Assembly: GCA_045807765.1 (NCBI GenBank)
Contig: JBJMGU010000152.1
Location: 1-64,000 of the forward strand
Direction of reading: 5' to 3'
Origin: Blastocatellia bacterium
Lineage (GTDB): Bacteria; Acidobacteriota; Blastocatellia; UBA7656
DNA: 64,000 bases
The position numbers and the translations under genes were made by a program. Under the pieces are notes generated by a model, which saw only the letters and a program-made list of their open reading frames with translations, was not told the DNA's origin and made no database searches. The first letter of the stretch is position 1. Each line of letters opens with the position of its first letter. Shown here one piece after another: positions 27,143 to 36,151 of the stretch.

Positions 27143-28936
27143 ATGAGTCTGATTCGTCTCGTCCCGCAAGCGCAACCCCAAGCCGATCTGAAAACCGTCT
27201 ATGATGCTGTTGTCGTCGGCAGCGGCGCGGCGGGCGGCATGGCGGCGCACGTGCTGACTTCGCGCGGCATGAAAGTCCTGCTGCTCGAAGCCGGCAAAAA
27301 ACTCAACATCGAAAAAGAACTGAAATCGATGGAGTGGCCCTACGACCATCCGCGCCGCGGTCAGATGCCGCCCGACTCGCACGCGCTGTCGTTCAACGAA
27401 TACAACATCCGCCAGCCGCCTTATGGCAAGGACATGAAATTCAATCACGTCTATTCTTATGTGCAGGGCTGGGGTGGCTCGGATTACAGCAAGAACATCG
27501 TCGTTGACGAGCGCGACCACCCCTACACCGGGACGAATTATGCCTGGGTGCGGGCGCGCGTCTTAGGCGGCAAGACGAACATCTGGGGACGGCTGGCGCT
27601 CCGCCTGTCGGATTACGACTTCAAAGCCAAAACCCATGACGGCTACGGCGAAGACTGGCCCATCGCCTACAAAGACATCGCGCCTTATTACGACAAGGTT
27701 GACCTCTACCTCGGCATATCAGGCGTCAAAGAGAACCTGCCGCACCTGCCCGACAGCCTCTTTCAGCGGCCCGTGCGCTTGACGGCTGCCGAGATGAAGC
27801 TGCGCGCCGGCCTCAAGAAAATGGGCCGCGTCTTAACGCCTTATCGCGCCGGCGTGACCACCGATGGGCTGAAGCACAACCAGTATCGCAGCCGCTGTTA
27901 CGGTCGCGGCGCGTGCAACCGCCGGGCGGGCGGCTGCGACATTCACGCGGCTTTTGATTCGCCGACCGGGTTGATCTACCCGGCGATGGAAACCGGCAAG
28001 CTGACGTTGCGCACCAACTCCATCGCCCGCGAAATCACCGTGGATAAGAACACCGGCAAGGCCTCGGGCGTCAGCTTCATTGATTCAGAGACCGGCAAGA
28101 CCTACGAGGCGAAAGCTAAAGTGGTGGTGATCGCCGCTTCGACGCTGGAATCGGCGCGCTTGCTGCTGCTGTCGAAGTCCGAGAAGTACCCGAACGGCAT
28201 CGGCAATTCAAGCAATCACGTCGGCCATAATTTCTGCGAGCACATCATGGGGCCGGGCGTCACCGGGCTGGTCAAAGATCAAATCGCCAAGCCGCGCACC
28301 AATGATGATGGGCGACCGGGCAGCTTTTACATTCCGCGCTTCCGCAACCTGACGGACAAGCACGCCGACTTCATCCGTGGCTATGGCTTTGAAGGCGGCA
28401 GCGGCACGCAGATGCTCCCAGGTAACGCATTCGAGACGCCGGGCTTTGGCAAGGGCTATAAGAAAACGGTGCGCGATTACGCCGGCGCTTTCATCGAGAT
28501 GGGCGCGTTCGGCGAAGTGCTGGCGCGGTATGAGAATTACGTTGACCTCGACCCTGAAGTGAAAGATAAGTGGGGCGTGCCGTCGCTGCGCTTCCATTAC
28601 AAGTTCGGCGACAACGAGCACAAGATGGCCAAAGACATGGCGGCGACGGCGCAAGAGATGTTCGAATCTGCCGGCATCGAAATCATCGACGTCAACCGCA
28701 CGGTGCTTACGGAAGGCTGGTCAATCCACGAGCTCGGCACGGCGCGCATGGGCGCGGACCCGAAGACTTCGGTGTTGAACCAGTTTCAACAATCGCACGA
28801 CATTAAGAACCTCTTCGTCGTGGATGGCAGCAGCCACGTCAGCGCCTCGTGCCAGAACCCGACGTGGACGATTATGGCGCTCGCCTGGCGCTCGTGCGAG
28901 CACCTCGCCGACGAGTTCAAGAAAGGAAACATCTAA
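27143..28936 (+). CDS. GMC-family flavin oxidoreductase (gluconate 2-dehydrogenase flavoprotein-like)
   Basis: DAVVVGSGAAGGMAAHVLTSRGMKVLLLEAG FAD motif. C-terminal GMC_oxred_C signature. Confidence 0.85.
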   Translation: MSLIRLVPQAQPQADLKTVYDAVVVGSGAAGGMAAHVLTSRGMKVLLLEAGKKLNIEKELKSMEWPYDHPRRGQMPPDSHALSFNEYNIRQPPYGKDMKFNHVYSYVQGWGGSDYSKNIVVDERDHPYTGTNYAWVRARVLGGKTNIWGRLALRLSDYDFKAKTHDGYGEDWPIAYKDIAPYYDKVDLYLGISGVKENLPHLPDSLFQRPVRLTAAEMKLRAGLKKMGRVLTPYRAGVTTDGLKHNQYRSRCYGRGACNRRAGGCDIHAAFDSPTGLIYPAMETGKLTLRTNSIAREITVDKNTGKASGVSFIDSETGKTYEAKAKVVVIAASTLESARLLLLSKSEKYPNGIGNSSNHVGHNFCEHIMGPGVTGLVKDQIAKPRTNDDGRPGSFYIPRFRNLTDKHADFIRGYGFEGGSGTQMLPGNAFETPGFGKGYKKTVRDYAGAFIEMGAFGEVLARYENYVDLDPEVKDKWGVPSLRFHYKFGDNEHKMAKDMAATAQEMFESAGIEIIDVNRTVLTEGWSIHELGTARMGADPKTSVLNQFQQSHDIKNLFVVDGSSHVSASCQNPTWTIMALAWRSCEHLADEFKKGNI

Positions 28937-28937
28937 A

Positions 28938-29597
28938 ATGCGGATTGCGGATTGCGGATTGCGGATTGAAGAAAGTGACGCTGAGAACACAGCGGCAAAA
29001 CCAAAGGTTGACGGACAGGAGAGCGCGAGCGGCGACGCGTACAACGTCACCCGTCGCGATATGCTGAAGCTGACCGCCACAGCGGCCATCAGCATTCCGC
29101 TTGTCGGATTGGCCAACGCGGCAGAGGCCGCGACCGAAGGCGCCGCGTCGGCAAAAGCGCCGCTCTTTTTCACTCCCGAAGAGTTCGCGATGGTGGATGA
29201 GATCACTGAGTTGATCATCCCGACCGACGAGCATTCACCGGGGGCGCGCGCCGCCGCCTGCGCCGCTTACATTGATGCGCGCCTCGCCGAGTCGTGGACG
29301 GAAGAGCCGAAGACCCAGTGGCGCGAAGGCTTGAAAGCGATTGACGCGGTCTCGCAGGAGATGAACAGCAAGCCCTTCATGCAGGCGACAGCGGAACAGC
29401 GCATCGCTGTGCTGACGGCCATCTCGAAGAACGAGAAAGACCCGAAGAAACCGGAAGAGCGTTTCTTCGGCGAGATCAAGCGCCGCACCGCCCACGCTTA
29501 CTACTTGTCGAAGATCGGCATTCATCAGGAGATGGAATACAAAGGCAACGTGCCGATCAAAGAGTTCGTCGGCTTCGACGTTAGAACCAGTTCATAG
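28938..29597 (+). CDS. Tat-exported small subunit (gluconate 2-dehydrogenase subunit-3-like) partner of the GMC oxidoreductase
   Basis: ATG 2 nt after the GMC stop. Twin-arginine motif TRRDMLKLTATAAISIPLVGLANA. The first 30 nt are the (GCGGATT)4 tract. Confidence 0.65.
   Translation: MRIADCGLRIEESDAENTAAKPKVDGQESASGDAYNVTRRDMLKLTATAAISIPLVGLANAAEAATEGAASAKAPLFFTPEEFAMVDEITELIIPTDEHSPGARAAACAAYIDARLAESWTEEPKTQWREGLKAIDAVSQEMNSKPFMQATAEQRIAVLTAISKNEKDPKKPEERFFGEIKRRTAHAYYLSKIGIHQEMEYKGNVPIKEFVGFDVRTSS
28940..28967 (+). repeat. Perfect (GCGGATT)x4 heptanucleotide tandem repeat starting at the second base of the start codon
   Basis: atgcggattgcggattgcggattgcggattgaag. 28 bp, translated in frame as MRIADCGLRIE. 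Confidence 0.9.
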
Positions 29598-29637
29598 CCG
29601 CCGATTTGCCAATGAAGTGTCAGAACTTGCTTAGAAA

Positions 29638-29692
29638 ACATCCCCGCAGGGGATGGCGGCAATAGCCGGTGGCAACGCCACCGGCTATTGCC
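29638..29692. terminator. Two tandem palindromes between convergent genes: CATCCCCGCAGGGGATG and GGCAATAGCCGGTGGC-AAC-GCCACCGGCTATTGCC
   Basis: The second is a perfect 16-bp inverted repeat. Confidence 0.55.
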
Positions 29693-29718
29693 TATCGCCC
29701 TTTCAGGGCGGCTCGCTG

Positions 29719-31080
29719 CTATCCCATAAATCCCAGATCGCGCACGCCGAAGTTGGCGAGCGTTGGAAAAACGGTGTCGAGCTGCGCGTCACTTGCGCCG
29801 AACCATTTGGCCAGCGTCGCGCCGTATTGCGCCAGCGATACGCCGGGCAACATCACGCCGCGCGTGTCGGCATAATCATCGCCGGTCGCGTTGAAGTTGC
29901 TATAGTTGGTCATCAGCGGGTAGCGGCCATACATTCGCCCGCCCGCGACCGCGCCGCCGACGATGAAGTGGTGACTGCCCCAGCCGTGATCCGAGCCCGT
30001 TCCCGACGGCTGCAACGTCCGCCCGAAATCCGACAATGTGAAGCCGGTCACTTGATCGGCAATGCCCATCTCAACCGTCGCGTTATAGAAAGCGCCCATC
30101 GCCGCGCTGATCTGCATCAGTAAGCTCCATTGCTGATACGACTGCCCGCCGTGCGTGTCGAAGCCGCTGAGGCCGGCGAAGAAGACCTGCCGCGCCGCGC
30201 CGAGCTGCGAGCGCAGGCTGATGATGCGGGCAATCTCTTTCAACTGGTTGCCGATCTGCGTCTGCGGGAAGGGCGTCATAAACGGCGTGCCGCCCGCCGC
30301 CGATTTGAGCAGCGGGTTGAGCGCCAGCGCATCGCTCATCGCCTTGTTGGCCGCCGCGATCATCTGGTTGCTGCTGCCGGCGGCGAGAATCTGCTGCTGC
30401 GCTGTCGCCCGCGCCTGCGCCGCCGTCGAAGGCCAGAGGCTCATAGCGTTCTGATCGAGATAGTTCCCCGGCTGCAAGCTCGCCGATTGGATAACGCTGC
30501 CGGTGCAGAAGAGCGCCTGGCCGTTCAGCGAAATTGACACGGGGAAGTTGGTGCCGGTGTTCGCCGCCTGCATGGCGTCTGCCGAGCGCCCGCCCCAGCC
30601 GCTCGCGCCAAAAGCGTTCGGGTAGCCGGTCTGCATCTGCTGTACTTGATCTGAGTGCGAGCGCAGGTTGGTCGGCAACTGGTTGTTGCTCTGAAAGTCC
30701 ACATACGAAGTCGGGCGCACCAGCATGCCGACATTAGCAAGCACAGCCATGCGGGCTTGCTGATAAATGTTCTGCAACTCCGGCAAGCCATAGTGCAAAC
30801 CGAACGCGCCCTGCACAGGGTCGCCAATGGCGAGCAACTGGCTCGGCGGCAGCGCCAGCGCGCCACGCGCCGCCTGATAGGTGCTGTATTGCGGATTACC
30901 GAGCGGCACGACAGTGTTGTGGCCGTCGTTGCCGCCGAACATAAAGACGCAGACGAGCGCTTTGTAATCCTGAGCCGGTGCGGCGCTGGCTAAAGGCAAG
31001 CGCCCGAGCGCGGCCAGCATGCCAAAGCTCGCGCCCATCTGCATGAAACCGCGGCGTGAAACCTTATGTGTATTTTTCAT
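29719..31080 (-). CDS. DUF1501-family (sulfatase/alkaline-phosphatase-like fold) Tat-exported protein
   Basis: MKNTHKVSRRGFMQMGASFG Tat signal. CVFMFGGNDGHNTVVP is the DUF1501 N-terminal signature. ATG 31080 is preceded by GAGG. Confidence 0.8.
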   Translation of the reverse strand: MKNTHKVSRRGFMQMGASFGMLAALGRLPLASAAPAQDYKALVCVFMFGGNDGHNTVVPLGNPQYSTYQAARGALALPPSQLLAIGDPVQGAFGLHYGLPELQNIYQQARMAVLANVGMLVRPTSYVDFQSNNQLPTNLRSHSDQVQQMQTGYPNAFGASGWGGRSADAMQAANTGTNFPVSISLNGQALFCTGSVIQSASLQPGNYLDQNAMSLWPSTAAQARATAQQQILAAGSSNQMIAAANKAMSDALALNPLLKSAAGGTPFMTPFPQTQIGNQLKEIARIISLRSQLGAARQVFFAGLSGFDTHGGQSYQQWSLLMQISAAMGAFYNATVEMGIADQVTGFTLSDFGRTLQPSGTGSDHGWGSHHFIVGGAVAGGRMYGRYPLMTNYSNFNATGDDYADTRGVMLPGVSLAQYGATLAKWFGASDAQLDTVFPTLANFGVRDLGFMG

Positions 31081-31096
31081 CGTTTGCCTCATTGCG

Positions 31097-33415
31097 TTAG
31101 TGCTGTATCAGGTAATCGCCCGACGTCGCCGTCAAGTAAAGCACGGTCATGACGCGTTGATTATTGTCGGTCATCGCCGGCAGCGCGTTGATCAGCGCTG
31201 TGCGCATCTGCGGCGACATCCTGCCGTAGAGCAGCGCGTTGTCCACCGCGTTGATAAGCGCCGTCGAGCTGCCGGCGACGCTGACGAACGGCTGCAAGGC
31301 CGGGTTGATTGGCCAGGGGTTCGCCATATAGCTATACAAGAAGTTGGCGCGGTTGACGGCTTCGGTCGGCGAATAGATTTGAAACTCCGGCCCGAACAGT
31401 GGCGACTTCGGTACGTGATACATCGGCGAGTAATGGCCGAAGACCGATGGCGCGTCGAGTATGCCTTCGCCGAAGGTGTAGAAGATGTAAGCGAACTGCG
31501 ACGCCGCGCCGGCCTGCATATTTAGCGCTCGCAGATAAGCGATGTGCTGCTGTACAGGCGTGCGCAGACGGCCAAAGTCCGATGGCGGGCTGTCATTGCG
31601 CGCTTCCGCATCCATCAAGATGGCGCGGATCACCGCTTTCATGTCGCCGCGCACACCCTGGCCATTGTCATTGAAGGCAGCGGCGACGCGCGCGATGTAG
31701 GCCGGGCTGGGATTGCTCGTAACCATTGCGCGGATCAAGCGCGTGGCAAGGAACGGGCCGATGTTCTGGTGATTGAAGAGAATATCCATCGCGCCGTCGA
31801 GGTCTTGCGCGTTCGTCTGATTCGCCGCGAGCGTCTGCCCAAGAATCGTCTTCTGCGTGTGGTCGTGGTAAGACAGGATGGGCAGCATCGGGCCGGGATA
31901 GTAATTCCAGTTCTGATACGCCGGCGGGATGCCCGTCGAGTTGCCATACGTCCAGCCCGTGAGCGCCAGCGCCATCTGCTTCACGTCGGTCTGCGTGTAA
32001 GTCGGCATCGGGTTGCCCTGCGCGTCCGTCTGCTGCGAGCCGTCCGGGTTCAGCTTCCACAGGCCGATGCTGAACAACTGCATTACCTCGCGAGCGTAGT
32101 TCTCGTTAGCGCCGCCGCTGATGCCGGGCCGCGCGCTGTTGACCATGTCGAGATACTTGCCCATCGAAGCGTCCAGGGTGATCTCGCGCAGCAGCGTCCG
32201 GTAATTGCCGAAGGCGTTGCGGCTGAGCGCCTGCAACCACGGCACGATCTCGTTGCCATTGGTATTTTTGTTCATGGCGACGACGATGATTTCGCTGAGC
32301 GCGAACAGCACGCGCTGTCGCAGTTGATCCTGGCCGTTCAGGGCATTGCCATAGAAAGCGTCTACGGCGTCCGAGCGTTGCGCCGTCGCAAGCGATGGCC
32401 ACGGCGATTCGGGCGTTGCGAACTGCTCATCAATGAACGCCTGGATGCCGACCTGACGGACGTGCGTCATCAGTTGCGGCGTCGAGCCGAAGGTGGCTTG
32501 ATCGAGGAAGCGGCCATAGGTGATGGCCAGCGGGTCTTGAATCGTCACGGTGGCCGTGCCCTGCGTAATGTTATCGGCCTGGCTCAACGCTGAAACGGTG
32601 ACGACGCCCGCAGTCGGAACGGTGTTCGGCGCGGTGTACAGCCCGCTTTGTGTAATCGTGCCTACAGCCGGATCGCCGCCGGTCGCGCCGTTGACTTTCC
32701 AGGTCACCGCCGTGTTTGGCGTGCCCGATACGTTGGCTTGAAACTGCTGCGATGCGCCGGGCACCAGGCCGACCGAAGCCGGCGTCACATTCACCACCAC
32801 GGTCGAAACGACTTTGACGGTAAGCGGCGTCGAGACTGCCGCCGGGCCGGGGTTGGCGACCGTGATGTTGAAGCTGCCAACCTGGGCGGCGGTGCCGGTC
32901 GCCGTGAGCTGTGTGGTCGAGATGAAGTTCGTCTGGAGCGGCGTGTTGTTCCACAAGACCTGCGCGCCGTTGACGAAGCGGCTGCCGTTGACGGTGAGGC
33001 TGAACGGGCCGGGCGGCAGCGTCGCCGAGACTACCGATGTCACATAAGGCACCTGGTTGCGAACGGTGATCGTGCCGGCGGCAAAGGCCGTCGGGTCGGC
33101 AACGCTGGTGGCTTTGATGGTGACGGTATAATTGGGGGGCGGCACGGGAGGGGCCATATAAAAGCCCGTGCCGCTGATCGTGCCGACGGTGGCATCGCCT
33201 CCCGGAAGGTTGTTAATCGTCCAGGTGACGGCGGTGTTCGTCGCACCGACCACTTTGACGCTGTACTGGCGGGTGCTGCCGACAGGCATCGTCAGGTTGA
33301 TCGGGTCAATGGCGACCGTCACGCCTACGGGCGGCGCGGCTTGCAGGACGGGAGCCAGCATAGTGAGGATCAAGAGAAGCGAGAATGTAAATCGCAAGAT
33401 GGAATTTGGGCGCAC
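31097..33415 (-). CDS. DUF1800-family secreted protein with N-terminal Ig-like (Big_2-type) repeats
   Basis: GTG start with an AAAGGAG RBS, giving signal peptide VRPNSILRFTFSLLLILTMLAPVLQA. Repeats of the VTWTINN.PGGD..VGTI type. C-terminal DUF1800 region. It is 4 bp from the DUF1501 gene. Confidence 0.8.
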   Translation of the reverse strand: MRPNSILRFTFSLLLILTMLAPVLQAAPPVGVTVAIDPINLTMPVGSTRQYSVKVVGATNTAVTWTINNLPGGDATVGTISGTGFYMAPPVPPPNYTVTIKATSVADPTAFAAGTITVRNQVPYVTSVVSATLPPGPFSLTVNGSRFVNGAQVLWNNTPLQTNFISTTQLTATGTAAQVGSFNITVANPGPAAVSTPLTVKVVSTVVVNVTPASVGLVPGASQQFQANVSGTPNTAVTWKVNGATGGDPAVGTITQSGLYTAPNTVPTAGVVTVSALSQADNITQGTATVTIQDPLAITYGRFLDQATFGSTPQLMTHVRQVGIQAFIDEQFATPESPWPSLATAQRSDAVDAFYGNALNGQDQLRQRVLFALSEIIVVAMNKNTNGNEIVPWLQALSRNAFGNYRTLLREITLDASMGKYLDMVNSARPGISGGANENYAREVMQLFSIGLWKLNPDGSQQTDAQGNPMPTYTQTDVKQMALALTGWTYGNSTGIPPAYQNWNYYPGPMLPILSYHDHTQKTILGQTLAANQTNAQDLDGAMDILFNHQNIGPFLATRLIRAMVTSNPSPAYIARVAAAFNDNGQGVRGDMKAVIRAILMDAEARNDSPPSDFGRLRTPVQQHIAYLRALNMQAGAASQFAYIFYTFGEGILDAPSVFGHYSPMYHVPKSPLFGPEFQIYSPTEAVNRANFLYSYMANPWPINPALQPFVSVAGSSTALINAVDNALLYGRMSPQMRTALINALPAMTDNNQRVMTVLYLTATSGDYLIQH

Positions 33416-33774
33416 GTTGATTCTCCTTTTCAATCCGGTTGCTTGATAATGCACAGTTGAGCCTTGCGAATGCGGGGGCATACGTCAGGTCGAGGCGAAG
33501 CCAATTCTCCTCATTTTGTTCGGAAGGGCAGTAGCTTAAAGGTGACCGGGGCTGCCACATTCCACTTTGGCGTTACGATTATTGCCAGAAAAGGGAAGCG
33601 TGTCACTACATGAATTGGTAGCAATAATTGATTGCCCCGGTCGCGGCGCACTCGGCTTCGATCAGCCGCGGAAAGCAGACCTCAAGCGAGTGGCCGTCGC
33701 CGTTCAACCCGCATGGGGAAGCGCATCGCCGCTTTCGTCGCCTTTATGATCCGGCGTCAGCCGAATGTGACCTT

Positions 33775-33830
33775 CATTCCAAACAACATGGTGCGCCGCC
33801 TCTCTGTCAGGAGATGCAGGCGCACCATGT
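33775..33830 (-). terminator. Terminator hairpin CATGGTGCGCC-19nt-GGCGCACCATG followed by TTGTTTGG on the minus strand
   Basis: 11-bp stem downstream of the 33906 gene, with a U-rich tail on the transcribed strand. Confidence 0.45.
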
Positions 33831-33905
33831 CGTTAATCAAATCTATGGCCACAGCGGTGAAAGGTCACCGCCCGACGAATCACGTTTTGATCGCTCGCGG
33901 GCGAA

Positions 33906-34340
33906 TCACTGTCGCCGGCTCGACAGTCGCACAGGCGTGTTGGGCTGCGAGCGGCACGGGTCAGTCGGCTTCGACTGCGGCGCGCGGGCGGCTGCCGGCA
34001 GTGTGCGCTCGTCAAGCTTCAACAAGCCGCATTCGACTTCGCCGAGGCGGCCCTGCAAGAGGTTCAGCTCAAGGCGCAGGTGCTCGACTTGCGGATCGGC
34101 GGGGGCGGTCGCAGCCGGCTGGCGCTGCGCGTATTGCACCCGCTGTTGTAGCTGATTGATGTTCGATTCCATCTGGAAGAGGCGTTGTTCGAGGGTGCTG
34201 ATGCGCCGGTCGAGACTCATTACATCCTGGGCCGGTGGCGCCGCGTTTGCGGAAGAGGCTGTGCCGGCGTGCGCCGACAATAAGGCAAGGGCGGTAAGAC
34301 AGGCGATTGCAAAATAGAAAGCGTGCGTTGCTCTTTTCAT
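33906..34340 (-). CDS. Secreted coiled-coil hypothetical protein
   Basis: GGAGAAAG RBS. Signal peptide MKRATHAFYFAIACLTALALLSAHA. Heptad-repeat segment LDRRISTLEQRLFQMESNINQLQQRV. The antisense plus-strand ORFs are Arg/Ser-rich junk. Confidence 0.5.
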   Translation of the reverse strand: MKRATHAFYFAIACLTALALLSAHAGTASSANAAPPAQDVMSLDRRISTLEQRLFQMESNINQLQQRVQYAQRQPAATAPADPQVEHLRLELNLLQGRLGEVECGLLKLDERTLPAAARAPQSKPTDPCRSQPNTPVRLSSRRQ

Positions 34341-34415
34341 GATCTTTCTCCGATTATCTGCGCCCACCGCATGATAACCGGAGAAAGACAGGGACAACCA
34401 GCGCGCCGCCCGCTG

Positions 34416-34880
34416 TTAGCGGTCCTCGTCTTCTTCGCTGTCAACCCAGGCGTGCGCCGTTTCGCCGAGCCTCAGGCTATCGATGGCAAAGTGCTTGTAC
34501 TCGTGAACCGCGGTCTCGTAATCGTAGCGCGTGTCGCCGGTCAGGCCGATCATCACCGGCGGGTCGCGTTCGAGATCGGTGTCGCCGACGATGTAGGCTT
34601 TGAACTCGTCGTCGTACCAGCGCCCCTGACGCAAGGTGACCGCCGAGCGCTCAAGCGTGTAGACGCGCCCGGCGACCTGCGGGAAATGGCCGGCGACTTC
34701 GAACTGTGCTTGCTTCCAGGCGCAGGGCAGCAGCGCTTCAAAACTCTGGCGCGGCGCTTTGGCGCATGTGCAAGGCTCGGGGCCGGGCGCGGTGACACGA
34801 AAACTGACGCTGCCGGACGACGAAGCCATCACCGGCAGAAGCATCAACATGGCGACGATAAGAATTAGTTTTGTCCACAT
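34416..34880 (-). CDS. Secreted hypothetical protein
   Basis: MWTKLILIVAMLMLLPVMASS signal peptide. Acidic C-terminal tail EEDEDR. 18 bp downstream of it lies the coiled-coil gene. Confidence 0.5.
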   Translation of the reverse strand: MWTKLILIVAMLMLLPVMASSSGSVSFRVTAPGPEPCTCAKAPRQSFEALLPCAWKQAQFEVAGHFPQVAGRVYTLERSAVTLRQGRWYDDEFKAYIVGDTDLERDPPVMIGLTGDTRYDYETAVHEYKHFAIDSLRLGETAHAWVDSEEDEDR

Positions 34881-35088
34881 CTGAGGAAGCCACCTCTGGC
34901 GACACGCCAACCTGCGGCATCTTGCCGGGTGGCAAGACCGCCGGGTCTGCGATCAAACGTCAATCGTTAAATGCTTGTTTTGCCTTAAGGGGTCAGGACA
35001 AGCGACTACACGCAGTCAGGCTGCGCAACCGAATTATAAAATGTTGTACGGCAGCGCGCCAGTGCTTTCAATTAGCGCAACAAAAAAA

Positions 35089-35928
35089 TCACAAAAGCCG
35101 GGGATCGGTGAACAGCGCGGCGGCAGCGCGGTGGCCCATATCAATCAGCGTTCGCACCTCTGCACGCCGGAAGAGCAGGGTGCCGCGCCCCAGCGTTTCA
35201 GGTTGCACCACGCGGATCAGCGTGTCGGGATGAGCGCGGCGCAACGCTTCGATCTTCGCAAGATTCGCCCGCCGCTGGCGCTCGCGGTTCGAGACGTCTA
35301 CGGCGAGAACCTGTTGCGGGCGAAACGGCGCTGTGAATAGGTACTCAACCGGCAGCAGGTTGGTGACGCCGCCATCGATCAGCCGCATGTGCCGCCCGCT
35401 CATCAGGCAATCACGTGGTGGGTAGACATGCGGGATGGCGGCGGCGCCGCGTGTGGCGTCGGCCAGCGGGAAGCCCGATTGCAGGTTGTGAAAGAAGACT
35501 TCTTCGCGGGCAATCAAATCATAAGCAACCATGCCGATACGCTCGACGCCATGATAGAGCAGCTCACCCGAAGCGGCGCTCAAACGGTCGAGCGATTCGG
35601 GAATGACGCCGGCGCGGTGCAGGAACCGCCGGCGCATGAAGTCCGGCGCGCGCCGCAGCCACGCCCACGCCAGCAGGTGCCTCGATGTCAGGCTGGCGCC
35701 AAAACGTCTGAGCGCCGGCACGTCCATTCCGACTGCGGTATAGAACGTGAGAATCAGCGCGCCGACGCTGGTGCCGACCATTTCGCTGATCTGAAAGCCA
35801 CGCTCGGCGAGAACTTCCAGCACGCCGACGTGCGCCATGCCGCGTATGCCGCCAGCGCCGAGCGCCAGGCTGATGGGCTTGTGCGGGTCGAGCGGCGCAA
35901 GTGAACGCTCTGAATGAGAATTGCTCAC
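35089..35928 (-). CDS. Patatin-like phospholipase
   Basis: GAGGIRG oxyanion-hole motif and GTSVG (GxSxG) nucleophile motif. A DGG-type Asp motif lies further on. The start is GTG and uncertain. Confidence 0.8.
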   Translation of the reverse strand: MSNSHSERSLAPLDPHKPISLALGAGGIRGMAHVGVLEVLAERGFQISEMVGTSVGALILTFYTAVGMDVPALRRFGASLTSRHLLAWAWLRRAPDFMRRRFLHRAGVIPESLDRLSAASGELLYHGVERIGMVAYDLIAREEVFFHNLQSGFPLADATRGAAAIPHVYPPRDCLMSGRHMRLIDGGVTNLLPVEYLFTAPFRPQQVLAVDVSNRERQRRANLAKIEALRRAHPDTLIRVVQPETLGRGTLLFRRAEVRTLIDMGHRAAAALFTDPRLL

Positions 35929-36068
35929 AGGATGAATGACGACACGGTCGAAACGCCCTTCGGTCTAATCACGGCTTTTGTCATCTTCGCTTGAAAGCGC
36001 CGCGGCGCGCAAGCCGGGCCACCTGCACCTCTGATGAGGCGCAGGAAAGTTTCTATAGAATTCGCAAT

Positions 36069-36087
36069 GGGCGATTGTTACAATCGC
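36069..36087. promoter_or_regulatory. Perfect palindrome GGCGATTGT-T-ACAATCGCC in the divergent promoter region
   Basis: 9-bp arms around a central T, between the patatin gene and the GT-C gene. Confidence 0.35.
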
Positions 36088-36151
36088 CTTTGCCCCGCAC
36101 CCCGCCCCGGATTTCCGGCTGCTGGTGTCAGCAGTCGCGAAGGAAGCCTTG

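Noticed and set aside
33628-34159. Two overlapping 175-aa plus-strand ORFs
   Set aside because: Arg/Ser-rich junk composition. The opposite strand encodes a signal-peptide coiled-coil protein with a good RBS.
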